DNA from: Candidatus Thorarchaeota archaeon
GTDB lineage: Archaea; Asgardarchaeota; Thorarchaeia; Thorarchaeales; Thorarchaeaceae
DNA: 64,000 nt
NCBI GenBank assembly: GCA_019057475.1
Contig: DXJO01000041.1
Location: forward strand, 32,001-96,000
Reading direction: 5' to 3'
Shown: positions 1 through 10,243 of the stretch, one piece after another
Numbering within the stretch: position 1 is the stretch's first letter
Layout of the letters: each line of letters begins with the position of its first letter
Position numbers and translations under genes: made by a program
The notes under the pieces: model-generated
The model's database searches: none
Told to the model about the DNA's origin: nothing
What the model saw: the letters and a program-made list of their open reading frames with translations, nothing else

Positions 1-3000
1 AGTGCCGGAGTACTCAACCCGTAAAGCGTAATAATCAGACGTGTCCCAAGAAACCGGCAGAGTGAATCTGAATCTGTGTTCACTGCTGGTATTGATTGCT
101 GCGACGCCTATTGGGGTACTCTCGAGAAGGGTGTCAAGATAGATGTTGACTACTGCCCCCGGTATTGCATTTCCAAGGTAGTCAGCAAGACTGATGATGA
201 ATGAATAGCTCTCTCCGGGCATAATATCTGGGGGGGTTGAAGGGTCAAAGCGCACCTGTAGGGCCGACTGCGTAAACAATGTGATGATCCATGTGTCCAC
301 ATTGCTGGTGACATCATAGTATCCGGGCACATTTGCGAGACTGAGTACATAATTTCCGAAAGAATAAGCGGAAGTATTAGTCCATGTTCTGGAAAAATTG
401 CCGTCCGATTGTGAAGTAGTTGTGAGAATACGACTGCCATCAACCAAGATGTCTAATGTAATTCCGGGAGCTGGCCCACCTCCATTGGAAACATAGCCAG
501 TCACTATCAAGGATTCACCAATGTTCAGGGCGGTAACTAACTGAACGTTCATGTGCAGTTCGACCGAGTCCCAAATCTCCAGACTTTCGGGAGCGGTCTG
601 AGCATTCTCGATTGCAGGCGTAGGTGATGAGAATAGAGCATAAATGTTGCTTGGGCCAAGCGGATATATCCAAGGTATGGAGTAGTTAACTGAGAAGCTG
701 CCCCCACCGACAGTAGTCGCATTCCTGACCGAGACCCCAGCAAGCATAATATCTACAACATAACCCACCATGGGAGTACCATTGGCAAATGTCAGGGTGC
801 CAGAAATAGTGACTGAAGCCCCCCTATACACTAAGCTCGGAATTGCATTCGCAGTGAGATTGACAGGAATCTGCTGAACCTGAACTGGAATGATAAGCGA
901 TTGACCGGAACTGATGTAGGAGTCTGCCGGTGTACAGTTGGCCCACACCTGTAGTATCCCCACGGGTACCGCTTCGGTGATTTGGACCACAACCCAGAAC
1001 CGTCCGCTGCCATCAGTGACTAATGACTCTATGAAGAAGTCAACGAAATCAATGCTATGGCGACCCCAGATATCAACGGCGGCAAAGGCATATGGAGTGC
1101 CATTGTCAAGGCTGAGAACACCTGAGATGTTCAAGTTCTCCGAGATGTAGACAGGATTTGGTGTTGCATCAAACGGCACCCAGACCAAAGTATAGGCGTC
1201 AATATCAATCGGGATTGGTATTGCTGTATGATTGTCTATCCAGTTCACACTCGACAGATATCGCACAGTGACATCGTAGCTGCCCGGAGTCGTTGATTGA
1301 GGAATCGTCCAAGAGCAAGTGAAGGATCCGTCAGATGCGGTGGTGTCATTGTCAACCACTCCCACGCCCACAACAAGCATCTCTACAATGACGCCTTCAA
1401 AGGGCACACTCGACCCGTACTCCAGTGTTCCTGTAACCACCACGGTTTCGGTGAGATGGAAGACTGTGATTCCACCAGTACTAAATCCAATGAGTGTCGC
1501 CCATCGTTGAAGGGTTAATGATTCGTGAGTGGATTCAACACCCTCAATGAGCTGAGTGCCATTATAGATCCCGTAGACCTGAACAGAGAGATCCGTGTAG
1601 TCATGCATGCCAGAGTAAGGATGACTCGCCTGACCACTCCCATCGGTAGTCACGTTCGTAATCCATGAAATCCCAGTTGAGTTTTCCCACCATAGCGAAA
1701 CCACTGCACCGCTAATATTAGCACTATTGTGAGAGAAGTAGAGATGAACAGTGATTGTGACAGTTTCGTTCAGATAGACTGAATTGACAAAGGAAACGTC
1801 CAGAGTCACAAGGTAGAGCGACAGAGTTACCGTTTCAGTTGCTGATGTGTCACTCTCCACGTACGGGTTCAGGCTTGTGTAGCTTGCCCACATCTGAATA
1901 TCTTCTGCATCATCACTGATAGAGAGGTTGTAGAGGAAGCTATAGCCGCCCGTGCTGTTAGTTGTCTTCTGAAACGTGAATGTTCCAGAGCTGTTTACAT
2001 AATATATAGTGATGATCTCCCCAGCAAGGGGTGTGCCATCCACAAGAGTCAGATTGCCGGAGAACACGATGACCTCGTCGAGGAAGTGAAAATCTGAGTC
2101 GGGGGTGCCAGTTAGTGTTACCTGGTACAACTGAACCGTTAGAGAAGGCGTAAGAGTTGCTGAAGCGTCGCTCTGAGTTGCTATAGTTGAGTTCCACTCA
2201 ACCCATACTGCGACCGTGCTGGTGGAGTCGCTCAGTGTTAGATTGTAGTAGAAATCGTACCAGCCTGTGGAGTTTGTTGTGGCGTTGAACAGGTATTGTG
2301 TCCCATTGTCCCAGTAGATTTGAATGGTCATGTCTACAAATGGAGACCCATCCGAACCGTTTTGGAGCCTACCCCAGATGTGCACGACCTCATCCAAGTG
2401 GTAGTGTGTAGCATTGGAATAGACTGAGACGATGCTGCTTAGCCGCTCGATTGTGACCGAAACCGTTGAAGAGTTTGCACCTGCAAACGGAGATATTTCC
2501 ACAAACTGAGCCCATACAGTCACACTTTCATCTAGATGACTGAATGGCACCTCATGGTCATAGACATACCCACCTGTTGCGTTTGAAATTACATTCGTTA
2601 TGTTGAAGGTGCCCGATGAGTTGGTCCACCATATCTTCACGGAAGCGCCAGCAAGCAGCGCTGGGTATTCAGGGACTATTACAAGTCCCTCGATTCTCGT
2701 GGTTTCGAGTGGATGTAAGGTTGTAGGATTGACTGCTATGGTAAGTACAATGTCCCAGTTCTTCACGGTAATTGTCATGCTTGAGGAGGTCGCATTTAGG
2801 TAGTTGGGATCTGAGGACCCCTCCCACTTCGACCAATAGGTTACAGTCCCCATGTCGCTTGGTAGTGCGGTATACTCCAACTCATAATATCCAGTTGCGT
2901 TGGTGAAAACCGTGCCAATCAAGTGCGGTCCCGTCGAGTTCTGCCAATAGATATTGACCCACTTGTTTGCCAAGCCACTACTGTTGATTGGGTCATAGAG

Positions 3001-5289
3001 CTGTCCGAATATGGTGATGTTTTCCCAAACGTGAAGGCTTTCTGCGGGTGGTTGCGGTACTGAGTCAATGGTTAGCTCCGCTCCCCGAATGGTAACTTGG
3101 ATAGGCACAGTTTCGCTCCAGTTGCCTAGGACATGATCTATCGTGGAACTCCAATTCGCTCGAGCATTATATGTCCCCGGCGCGTGTGCAGCAGGGATTG
3201 TATAGGGGGCATTGAAGCCACCAGTACTGTTTGTAGTGGCGCTAAACAGGAAATTTCCGTCAAAGAAGAGGCCAATATCCTCTCCGATAAGGGGTGTCCC
3301 ATCCAGAAGTTCGACCTGACCATCGTACGTTATTGATTCCCCTCGAAAGACGGGAGATGGAATAACATTCAGTGTGAATGAGATCTTGCCCCACACATCA
3401 ACGGTCGAGTTGTCAATAGATTGTGCCGGAAATAGATGGGGAACTCCCTGTCGGTACTCCCCTGCGTAAAAGGACCATACCTCGTGCATCCCCGTGCCCA
3501 TTCTCGGGTCAGCGGCGTCCACATAGATGTCTAGCTGGTAGGTGCCGTCAGCCTGTATCGTTGCATTTCCAATCCAAGTTTCATCCCACATAATCTGGAT
3601 CTGGTCGTTGATGAGTGTCGTACCGTTCACTGGTTCGCCTTGCACAGTCATCAATCCATGCGCATGAACTGTGTCTGTCCACACAGAAGTGTAATTGTCC
3701 CAACCGAGTTTCAGATTCACATCGATAGTTTCACTGAAACAGAACCTGCCTTCGCCGAGCGGCTCTGGCTGAGCCACCGCAAAGACGTAGGTGAAGTTGG
3801 TGACGCTGAAACTTCCCTGGTCGTACGTTGCGCTTATGTTGTGAAGACCCAGGTCGGCATCCGGTGGAAATGCATAGGTAAAGTTGGCCAGCGGCCATAG
3901 AGTCCCCTGTACTATCGTAGCAGTGCCAAGATGAAGAGACGCAGTTTCGTCACGGAACCGTATCGTCGCACCCTCGCCTGTAGGCAGGCCCTGAAGCAGC
4001 AAAGCAGCACTGAGATCGAATGGGTCCTCGAGTAACGCCCAGGGCTCAGCCAAGTTAGGCCAAACAAGAACCTGAAGATCTCCTTCTCCAACATTCTCAG
4101 GGATATCCCCCCCACCCATATCATCCGGCAGTGGGATTGGAACTACCTGTATCCACTCGCCACCCCCACCCGACATCGGTATGAAGACCTCAGCCCAGAA
4201 CATCATGTGACGTACTCGCACCACACTATGTGTTCCTTCTTGATCTCCCACAGCATAGCCTATTGTCATTCTAGCGGGAATGTCAAGATAGCGCATGTAG
4301 ACACAGTAGGCTGTGGCAAAGTCCATTGGTAAACCACCACCCCTCTCGATGAACCAATCCGTAACCTCTCGGCCTGGCTCGGGGCGCTCCTGGTAGTTAT
4401 CGAGCGTCAGCTCGAATGTAGTGCGGAAGTAAGCATCGACCAACACGGCCATTTCATAGGCATTGTCAGCCGCTCCTAGGAACTGAGAAGCATTGTCTTG
4501 TACGCGTTGTGAGAGCGGTTCAACATCCTCGAGCGCAGTGTAGGTTGTGTAGATATCTTCCGGGGCGAAATTTCCCGGCATCGCATTGCTCGCGACGTTG
4601 GTTAGGTCTTGTTGCCTGTATGTTACCTCGTAACTGATCAGCACATACTCGTCGCTCTCGCCTTCTATAAGGGGGTTGAACAGAAGTGTGTTGTAATCAT
4701 CTGTTTCAAGGGTGTACTGCAGAAGTAAGCCATTCGGATGGCTTTGAAACGAGTCTTGTATGACTTGGATTTGCGGGAACAATGCAGGCAGCTCAACACT
4801 TCCTGTTGCCCCTCCTGCGGAAACATTGATGAAAATCGTGTAAATCGTGTTGCCTTGGGTTACCGCCTGTGCTCTGGTAATGAGCTCTGTGCTGTCAAGG
4901 GGTCCTGTATCCAATTGTGTCTTGGCCCATCCAGAGCCATCATAGCTATCATAGGCGGTACTGCGCCATAACTGAGGTGGATTATACGGGTCTACGATGA
5001 AGAGCACGTTCTCAAGCTGTTCAAGGAGATTGTCGGGAAGGGTCATGTTAAGTGGCAGGTCTTGATAGGTCACGTTCTCGAACCAGTTACTCGTCCAGTC
5101 ATTAAAGTTAACGTTGATTTCCCATTCGTCAGGAGGATATGGCTCGTGTGGATTTTCCAACCTCACCACACCTGCTTGGATGTTGAGAACGCTCCAAGTG
5201 GCCCAAATTATGGTGGCAACTAGGAATAGTGAGCTGATGAGAGTTATTGGGCTTGCCTTGCGGCGAACACCGGTTTTTGTGGCACTCAA
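1..5289 (-). CDS. Giant secreted/membrane-anchored surface protein (>1760 aa, 3' end outside window); TgpA-like transglutaminase-fold domain followed by beta-rich Ig-like repeats
   Basis: Not in the ORF track because it runs off the window. TTG at 5289 is preceded by GGAGG. Translation begins MSATKTGVRRKASPITLISSLFLVATIIWATW (signal/TM), then LWRSTAYDSYDGSGW and DFATAYCVYMRYLDIPARMTIGY...FWAEVFIP. Frame spot-checked as open near 5289, 4380, 4080 and 60, not codon by codon; many N-x-S/T sequons. Confidence 0.8.
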   Translation of the reverse strand, partial: MSATKTGVRRKASPITLISSLFLVATIIWATWSVLNIQAGVVRLENPHEPYPPDEWEINVNFNDWTSNWFENVTYQDLPLNMTLPDNLLEQLENVLFIVDPYNPPQLWRSTAYDSYDGSGWAKTQLDTGPLDSTELITRAQAVTQGNTIYTIFINVSAGGATGSVELPALFPQIQVIQDSFQSHPNGLLLQYTLETDDYNTLLFNPLIEGESDEYVLISYEVTYRQQDLTNVASNAMPGNFAPEDIYTTYTALEDVEPLSQRVQDNASQFLGAADNAYEMAVLVDAYFRTTFELTLDNYQERPEPGREVTDWFIERGGGLPMDFATAYCVYMRYLDIPARMTIGYAVGDQEGTHSVVRVRHMMFWAEVFIPMSGGGGEWIQVVPIPLPDDMGGGDIPENVGEGDLQVLVWPNLAEPWALLEDPFDLSAALLLQGLPTGEGATIRFRDETASLHLGTATIVQGTLWPLANFTYAFPPDADLGLHNISATYDQGSFSVTNFTYVFAVAQPEPLGEGRFCFSETIDVNLKLGWDNYTSVWTDTVHAHGLMTVQGEPVNGTTLINDQIQIMWDETWIGNATIQADGTYQLDIYVDAADPRMGTGMHEVWSFYAGEYRQGVPHLFPAQSIDNSTVDVWGKISFTLNVIPSPVFRGESITYDGQVELLDGTPLIGEDIGLFFDGNFLFSATTNSTGGFNAPYTIPAAHAPGTYNARANWSSTIDHVLGNWSETVPIQVTIRGAELTIDSVPQPPAESLHVWENITIFGQLYDPINSSGLANKWVNIYWQNSTGPHLIGTVFTNATGYYELEYTALPSDMGTVTYWSKWEGSSDPNYLNATSSSMTITVKNWDIVLTIAVNPTTLHPLETTRIEGLVIVPEYPALLAGASVKIWWTNSSGTFNITNVISNATGGYVYDHEVPFSHLDESVTVWAQFVEISPFAGANSSTVSVTIERLSSIVSVYSNATHYHLDEVVHIWGRLQNGSDGSPFVDMTIQIYWDNGTQYLFNATTNSTGWYDFYYNLTLSDSTSTVAVWVEWNSTIATQSDASATLTPSLTVQLYQVTLTGTPDSDFHFLDEVIVFSGNLTLVDGTPLAGEIITIYYVNSSGTFTFQKTTNSTGGYSFLYNLSISDDAEDIQMWASYTSLNPYVESDTSATETVTLSLYLVTLDVSFVNSVYLNETVTITVHLYFSHNSANISGAVVSLWWENSTGISWITNVTTDGSGQASHPYSGMHDYTDLSVQVYGIYNGTQLIEGVESTHESLTLQRWATLIGFSTGGITVFHLTETVVVTGTLEYGSSVPFEGVIVEMLVVGVGVVDNDTTASDGSFTCSWTIPQSTTPGSYDVTVRYLSSVNWIDNHTAIPIPIDIDAYTLVWVPFDATPNPVYISENLNISGVLSLDNGTPYAFAAVDIWGRHSIDFVDFFIESLVTDGSGRFWVVVQITEAVPVGILQVWANCTPADSYISSGQSLIIPVQVQQIPVNLTANAIPSLVYRGASVTISGTLTFANGTPMVGYVVDIMLAGVSVRNATTVGGGSFSVNYSIPWIYPLGPSNIYALFSSPTPAIENAQTAPESLEIWDSVELHMNVQLVTALNIGESLIVTGYVSNGGGPAPGITLDILVDGSRILTTTSQSDGNFSRTWTNTSAYSFGNYVLSLANVPGYYDVTSNVDTWIITLFTQSALQVRFDPSTPPDIMPGESYSFIISLADYLGNAIPGAVVNIYLDTLLESTPIGVAAINTSSEHRFRFTLPVSWDTSDYYALRVEYSGT

Positions 5290-5524
5290 CAGACATTTCC
5301 TCCGATTTTGTGATAGGTAAGATACATTGGGCGCGTGCTAAGGGGGGAGATATGGTCACCCCTCTGACAAACGATTTCGGGCCTAGCAATTAAAGCGTTT
5401 CTCGGATACGCAGGTCATTTATGACATCTTCGCGCATTTTTATGCCACTCAGAACACAGATATGTGGCTTTCTTGTCCGCGCTATTGTTTCATCCTTGAG
5501 TCACATGAGGAGTGCTGTATTCAG

Positions 5525-6115
5525 ATGATGGACGAAAAACTCGATGAGTTCGTAAGGAGTGTGCTTCTCACTTCCGAGAAGGGCGCTCACTCGTATGATC
5601 ACACAATGCGTGTCTATTCGCTTGCGATGTCAATAGGTTCGAAGGCTGGAGCAGATCTCAAGGTGCTTGGCGCTGCAGCTCAACTTCATGACATTGGGCG
5701 ACCACGTGAAGCACAGACAGGTGAATCACATTCAGCAATCTCTGGTGAGATGGGCAGACCCATCCTGCGAGAGGTAGGATACACTGAGCGCGAAATCGAA
5801 CTGGTTGTGCAGGCAATAAGGACACACAGGTTTAGTGAGGGCTTGACACCCACTTCGATCGAAGGTGAGGTTCTTAGTGATGCGGACAAGCTTGATGCAA
5901 TAGGAGCAATTGGCGTGTTTCGAGCCATTGCCCAAGCATCAATGACAGGTGTAGGTATTGACGGTTTTCTCAGTCACGCAGATGAGAAGCTATTGAAGCT
6001 GCGCAAGGTGATGTACACTAAACAGGCGAAGACCTTGGCAGAAAAGCGTCACTTTATTCTTGACAGATTCGTCAATCAGCTACGTGAAGAGATTCAATCC
6101 TATGTGGAGAATTAA
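5525..6115 (+). CDS. HD-domain phosphohydrolase
   Basis: H-x-x-x-H..RV, LHDIG and DADKLDAIG motifs; start placed at ATG 5525. Confidence 0.9.
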   Translation: MMDEKLDEFVRSVLLTSEKGAHSYDHTMRVYSLAMSIGSKAGADLKVLGAAAQLHDIGRPREAQTGESHSAISGEMGRPILREVGYTEREIELVVQAIRTHRFSEGLTPTSIEGEVLSDADKLDAIGAIGVFRAIAQASMTGVGIDGFLSHADEKLLKLRKVMYTKQAKTLAEKRHFILDRFVNQLREEIQSYVEN

Positions 6116-6120
6116 GGGAA

Positions 6121-6699
6121 TCAACCTTGCAGAAAGAGCTCCAAATAGGATGCTCTAATCGATTTATTCGAATCAAGCCCCAGTCGCTCAATGAGGTTGA
6201 ATATTATGTCCAGAGTCGGGTTCATGTCACCCCTCGATGTGACGACACGTTCCAGTTCCAAGAAAAGACCAACGTCCTCCACATCATCGACACTAACAGT
6301 GACAGAATCTACAGTGTAGAACACACGTCGTTTTGAGATGGTGGCCACGTGCTTGAATCCAAGACTCTCTAGGATTGACCGGGCGCTGTTTATGTTGCTG
6401 ATATTTACTGAGAGTTCAACGCGCGATTTGGACCGGGACTCTAGCTTTGGCCCCTTGTAGGTCAGCTCATATGGAGTGGGGATTGTGTTGTCTTTTTCGT
6501 CCCCTTCCACATCGGGATGACGGCTTCTTAGACGAAGAGCCTCGTCGGTTTCTTGAAAAGCCCTTGCAGGATGGTCGAAATAAACATCAACTTGGGTTTC
6601 GCTGTTCATCTTTTGCGCACCAATGCGATGAAGAGCTTCCTCAACGGACTTTCGATTCTCTATCGGTATCTTGACCTCAACCTCAATAGATTCCTTCAT
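6121..6699 (-). CDS. cyaB: CYTH-domain (class IV adenylate cyclase-like) triphosphatase
   Basis: EVEVK N-terminus, ALRLR, LTYKGPK, LGLFLELE. Confidence 0.9.
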   Translation of the reverse strand: MKESIEVEVKIPIENRKSVEEALHRIGAQKMNSETQVDVYFDHPARAFQETDEALRLRSRHPDVEGDEKDNTIPTPYELTYKGPKLESRSKSRVELSVNISNINSARSILESLGFKHVATISKRRVFYTVDSVTVSVDDVEDVGLFLELERVVTSRGDMNPTLDIIFNLIERLGLDSNKSIRASYLELFLQG

Positions 6700-7491
6700 C
6701 TAAAACTAGGCTCCTGTCAGTGCATAGGTAAGAACTGCAAAATGACGGGGAAACAAGTCAATAGGTGTTTCCATAGAATCTATTTCTTACATTTCATGTG
6801 AGTGACACTCAACTGCAAGAAATTCCTGTGTTCCACCCGTCCCCTGCCAGTGTCGCCACCTCCCAGACTCCTATAGAGCCTGAGATTAGCAGGGGCTTTG
6901 TCTGTCATCATCGGGATGAGATCCCTCCCACAGTTATGGCTTCTTCCTCCTGTTTCACTACTGGGGTATCACTCCCAGCCACAGAGAGGCTTTCCACAGT
7001 TCTTGCCACGGCGGGGTCCTTATCAACCATCTCAACCTCGTCACCAAGACTGAGAAGGCTCGTCTGAGCATGGTGAACGGCCGCGGACTCCCCAAGACCT
7101 GATACAAGGCCCTTAGAGGAGAGTAAGGACTTCCCTCGAGAAGAGCTCGTCTTCCCTCGGGCTTTCGGGAGTGAGCGTGGACTGCGTGAAACAGCGCTTA
7201 CCCACTTGCCTAGTCCTATCATAGTATGTGGTGGCTCTCCAGGACTAATAAGGACTCCACGATTACAATTGTCTAACATTTCAAGTACAACATTATTTGG
7301 GGAATGCAAGATTCCAACCTATCTAGACAGAGGAGGAGAAGAAACACTGTGGTCAGGGACGGTCCCGCAAGCTAGAAATTTTGCGAGTTTCCTACATTCT
7401 CAGCTGTAAAGTACTTAGAAGAATGTAGGATTTCACGCATTCCATAACTATCATAACGGAGGCCTGACACGCATTGAAAGCAGGTGTAGCC

Positions 7492-8745
7492 ATGTCAAGA
7501 ATCAAACAGCTCAAGTGTGCCAAATGCGGGAAGGAATACACCGACAAAGATGTGCCGCCCAACGATGGATGCGGGGGAAGAATCGACATATCCTTTGACC
7601 TCGAGGAACTCAAGGAAATCTTCACTAGGCAGAGCGTTGAGCAACGAAAGGGAGGCTTGTGGAAATACTTCGAGCTAATGCCCCTGAAGAAGCGGGAGAG
7701 CGTAGTAACTCTGGGTGAAGGAAATACGCCCTTGTTACGAAGTAGTCGACTTGGGGATCAGTTGAAACTTGGCAATCTGTTCTTGAAGATCGAAACGACG
7801 AATCCCTCAGGATCTTTCAAGGACCGACCGATATGTGTGGGAGTGAGTCGTGCCTATGAGGATGGTGCAGAAACGGTATCTGCAGCATCATCAGGAAATG
7901 CTGCGGCATCCATGTCTACGTACGCTGCTAGAGCGGGAATGCAAGCCGTGGTCTTTGTGCCAGAGGACGCTCCTGCAGGCAAACTCATACATCTCAGGAC
8001 TCTTGGAGCACGCGTATTCAGAGTCCAGAAGGTCAAGGATGGAGTAGATCCCACAACAACCTTGCTCAAAGCTGCTTGTGCAGAACTGGGGTGGACACCT
8101 ACCCCATCATTTGGACCGTTCAATTGCTTTCAGTTCGAAGGCACAAAATCGCTTGGCTATGAGATTGCCGAGCAGATGAACTGGGAGTCACCGGATTGGA
8201 TACTATTTCCCACTGGTAGTGGAGGACTTATGGCCGGGACAATGAAGGGACTATGGGAGTTCCGGCAGATGGGGCTGATAGACAGCCTACCTAGACCAGT
8301 TGTGGTTCAGCCAGAGGGATGTGCACCCATCGTTCGGGCGTTCAAGAAGAATCAAGACCCTCTTGATATCACTCCATGGGACTCGAACAAAACCGTGGCA
8401 GGAGGGCTTGCAGATCCATTCCCGTGGGACGGCGATGCGGCGCTCAAGTATCTGAAGATGGCAAACGGTAGAGCGATTGCAGTACCGGACGATGCCATAG
8501 AGCGGCAGCTTATAGCTCTCGGCAAACTGGAGGGTGTCTTTGCTGAACCGAGTGGTGTTGCAGCATTGGCAGGGCTTGAATCGCTTGTTAACCAAGGGGT
8601 CATCGATAAGTCTGACAGAGTTGTTGTGCCAATAACAGGTTCTGGTTTCAAGGATTTGGTAACGCCTGATCGACTCACACCCCAGGTCGTTCTCATAGCG
8701 CCAGATCTTGACCAGCTGAAAGCTGCACTTGAGAGCAGTACTTGA
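7492..8745 (+). CDS. thrC: Threonine synthase (PLP fold type II)
   Basis: LGEGNTPL, NPSGSFKDR (PLP lysine), ASSGNA, PTGSGG, EPSG, TGSGFKD. Confidence 0.9.
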   Translation: MSRIKQLKCAKCGKEYTDKDVPPNDGCGGRIDISFDLEELKEIFTRQSVEQRKGGLWKYFELMPLKKRESVVTLGEGNTPLLRSSRLGDQLKLGNLFLKIETTNPSGSFKDRPICVGVSRAYEDGAETVSAASSGNAAASMSTYAARAGMQAVVFVPEDAPAGKLIHLRTLGARVFRVQKVKDGVDPTTTLLKAACAELGWTPTPSFGPFNCFQFEGTKSLGYEIAEQMNWESPDWILFPTGSGGLMAGTMKGLWEFRQMGLIDSLPRPVVVQPEGCAPIVRAFKKNQDPLDITPWDSNKTVAGGLADPFPWDGDAALKYLKMANGRAIAVPDDAIERQLIALGKLEGVFAEPSGVAALAGLESLVNQGVIDKSDRVVVPITGSGFKDLVTPDRLTPQVVLIAPDLDQLKAALESST

Positions 8746-8759
8746 AAGGAGTAGTGAAG

Positions 8760-9236
8760 ATGACCAAACATCAACAGTCCAAGCCCACAATGCCAGAGAT
8801 GGTTCGTTTCATGAAAGAGGCGTTAATCGAGGCCAAGAGAGGATTCGTAGACGGTGGTATACCTATCGGATCGGTGTTAGTGATTGACGATGAGATTGTG
8901 GGTCGAGGGCATAACCGCAGAGTCCAGAAGAGCAGTGCAATCCTACATGCTGAGATGGATTGTCTTGAGAATGCAGGACGATTGAAGGCGTCGGAATACC
9001 AAAGGGCCACGATATACTCCACCCTTTCTCCTTGTGACATGTGCAGCGGGGCCATACTTCTATATGGCATTCCTAGGGTTGTTGTGGGCGAGAACAGAAA
9101 TTTCAAGGGACCAGAGGAGTATGTTCGGAGTCGTGGAGTAGAGGTTACGATCATTGATGACAAGGACTGCGTCGAGATCATGCGGAAATTCATCAAGGGC
9201 TACCCAGAACTGTGGAACGAGGACATTGGCGTCTGA
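8760..9236 (+). CDS. Cytosine deaminase (fungal Fcy1-type, zinc deaminase fold)
   Basis: HAEMDCLENAGR, LSPCDMC, C-terminal WNEDIG. Confidence 0.9.
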   Translation: MTKHQQSKPTMPEMVRFMKEALIEAKRGFVDGGIPIGSVLVIDDEIVGRGHNRRVQKSSAILHAEMDCLENAGRLKASEYQRATIYSTLSPCDMCSGAILLYGIPRVVVGENRNFKGPEEYVRSRGVEVTIIDDKDCVEIMRKFIKGYPELWNEDIGV

Positions 9237-10243
9237 ACCTGATTGCAAATGGAAGTGACAGAATCCTGATAGGAAAAGAGCAACGCAAGAGAGCCAAGGA
9301 GATTGCCAAGCAGTATGGATATCTACCGTACATGATTGAAAGATATGCTGCTCTCTGGGGCGAACAGGAAGCAATCCAGTTCCTAAAGGCATGTGAGCAG
9401 CCAATCAAGAAGTCCATCAGACTCAATACACTTCGAGCGACCGCAGAGGAAACACTCAGCAGACTCAAAGCCAAAGGCGTAAGGCTTGAGAGAGTTCCAT
9501 GGCTAGATGCGGGATACACTGCTGATTTCAGTCATATCTCGCCTGGTTCACTCCTGGAGCACATGCGAGGATTCTACTATGTCCAGGGAGTACCATCTAT
9601 GACCGTGGCGGAGGCACTGAGCCCGCAACCAGATAGTCTAGTTGTAGACATGGCAGCTGCCCCGGGCGGGAAGACTACGCACATAGCTCAGATAATGAAT
9701 AATTCCGGCGTTATCATTTCTATTGAACAAGACAGGCTTCGTACTGCAAGTCTTGAGAGTAATATCCATCGTTGCGGCGTGACAAATTCGATTGTGTTGC
9801 GCGGTGATTCTCGCAAGCTTCACCAGCTTGGTATAGCACCAGATTACATACTACTTGACGCACCATGTTCTGGAGAGGGACTCATCGCTCTGGATTCCTC
9901 ACGAAAGCGCAGTAAGAGCATGGCGGACATCAGGTTTTGCGCAACCAAGCAGGATGTGCTACTCGATGCTGCAATCACCTCTCTCGCCCCGGGAGGAACT
10001 CTCGTCTATTCAACCTGCTCCATCGCTCCTGAAGAAAACGAATTCGTCATTGATGATCTCCTGAAACGGCGACCTGAAACGAAGTTAGTGCCCATCAACA
10101 TCGAGTTTGGCATCCCTGCATATCCTAATCCGTACGGCGTTGAATTGCACGAATCACTGACCTTGGCAAGACGCTTTCTTCCCCATAAGCACAACTTGGA
10201 AGGTTTCTTCATTTGCAGAATTGAGAAGGAGGAATCGTCTTGA
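9233..10243 (+). CDS. RsmB/NOP2-family RNA m5C methyltransferase
   Basis: DMAAAPGGKT, LLDAPCSGEG, YSTCS; probable CTG start overlapping the upstream TGA. Confidence 0.9.
   Translation: MNLIANGSDRILIGKEQRKRAKEIAKQYGYLPYMIERYAALWGEQEAIQFLKACEQPIKKSIRLNTLRATAEETLSRLKAKGVRLERVPWLDAGYTADFSHISPGSLLEHMRGFYYVQGVPSMTVAEALSPQPDSLVVDMAAAPGGKTTHIAQIMNNSGVIISIEQDRLRTASLESNIHRCGVTNSIVLRGDSRKLHQLGIAPDYILLDAPCSGEGLIALDSSRKRSKSMADIRFCATKQDVLLDAAITSLAPGGTLVYSTCSIAPEENEFVIDDLLKRRPETKLVPINIEFGIPAYPNPYGVELHESLTLARRFLPHKHNLEGFFICRIEKEESS

Noticed and set aside
150-5389. Short ORFs listed in the track across 1-5.4 kb
   Set aside because: Shadow or off-frame ORFs of the single long minus-strand gene.
6860-7260. 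RNase P RNA or SRP RNA
   Set aside because: GAGGGAAGTCC and TGAAAC occur on the minus strand, but the matching 3' P4 strand and the SRP helix-8 motif were not found.
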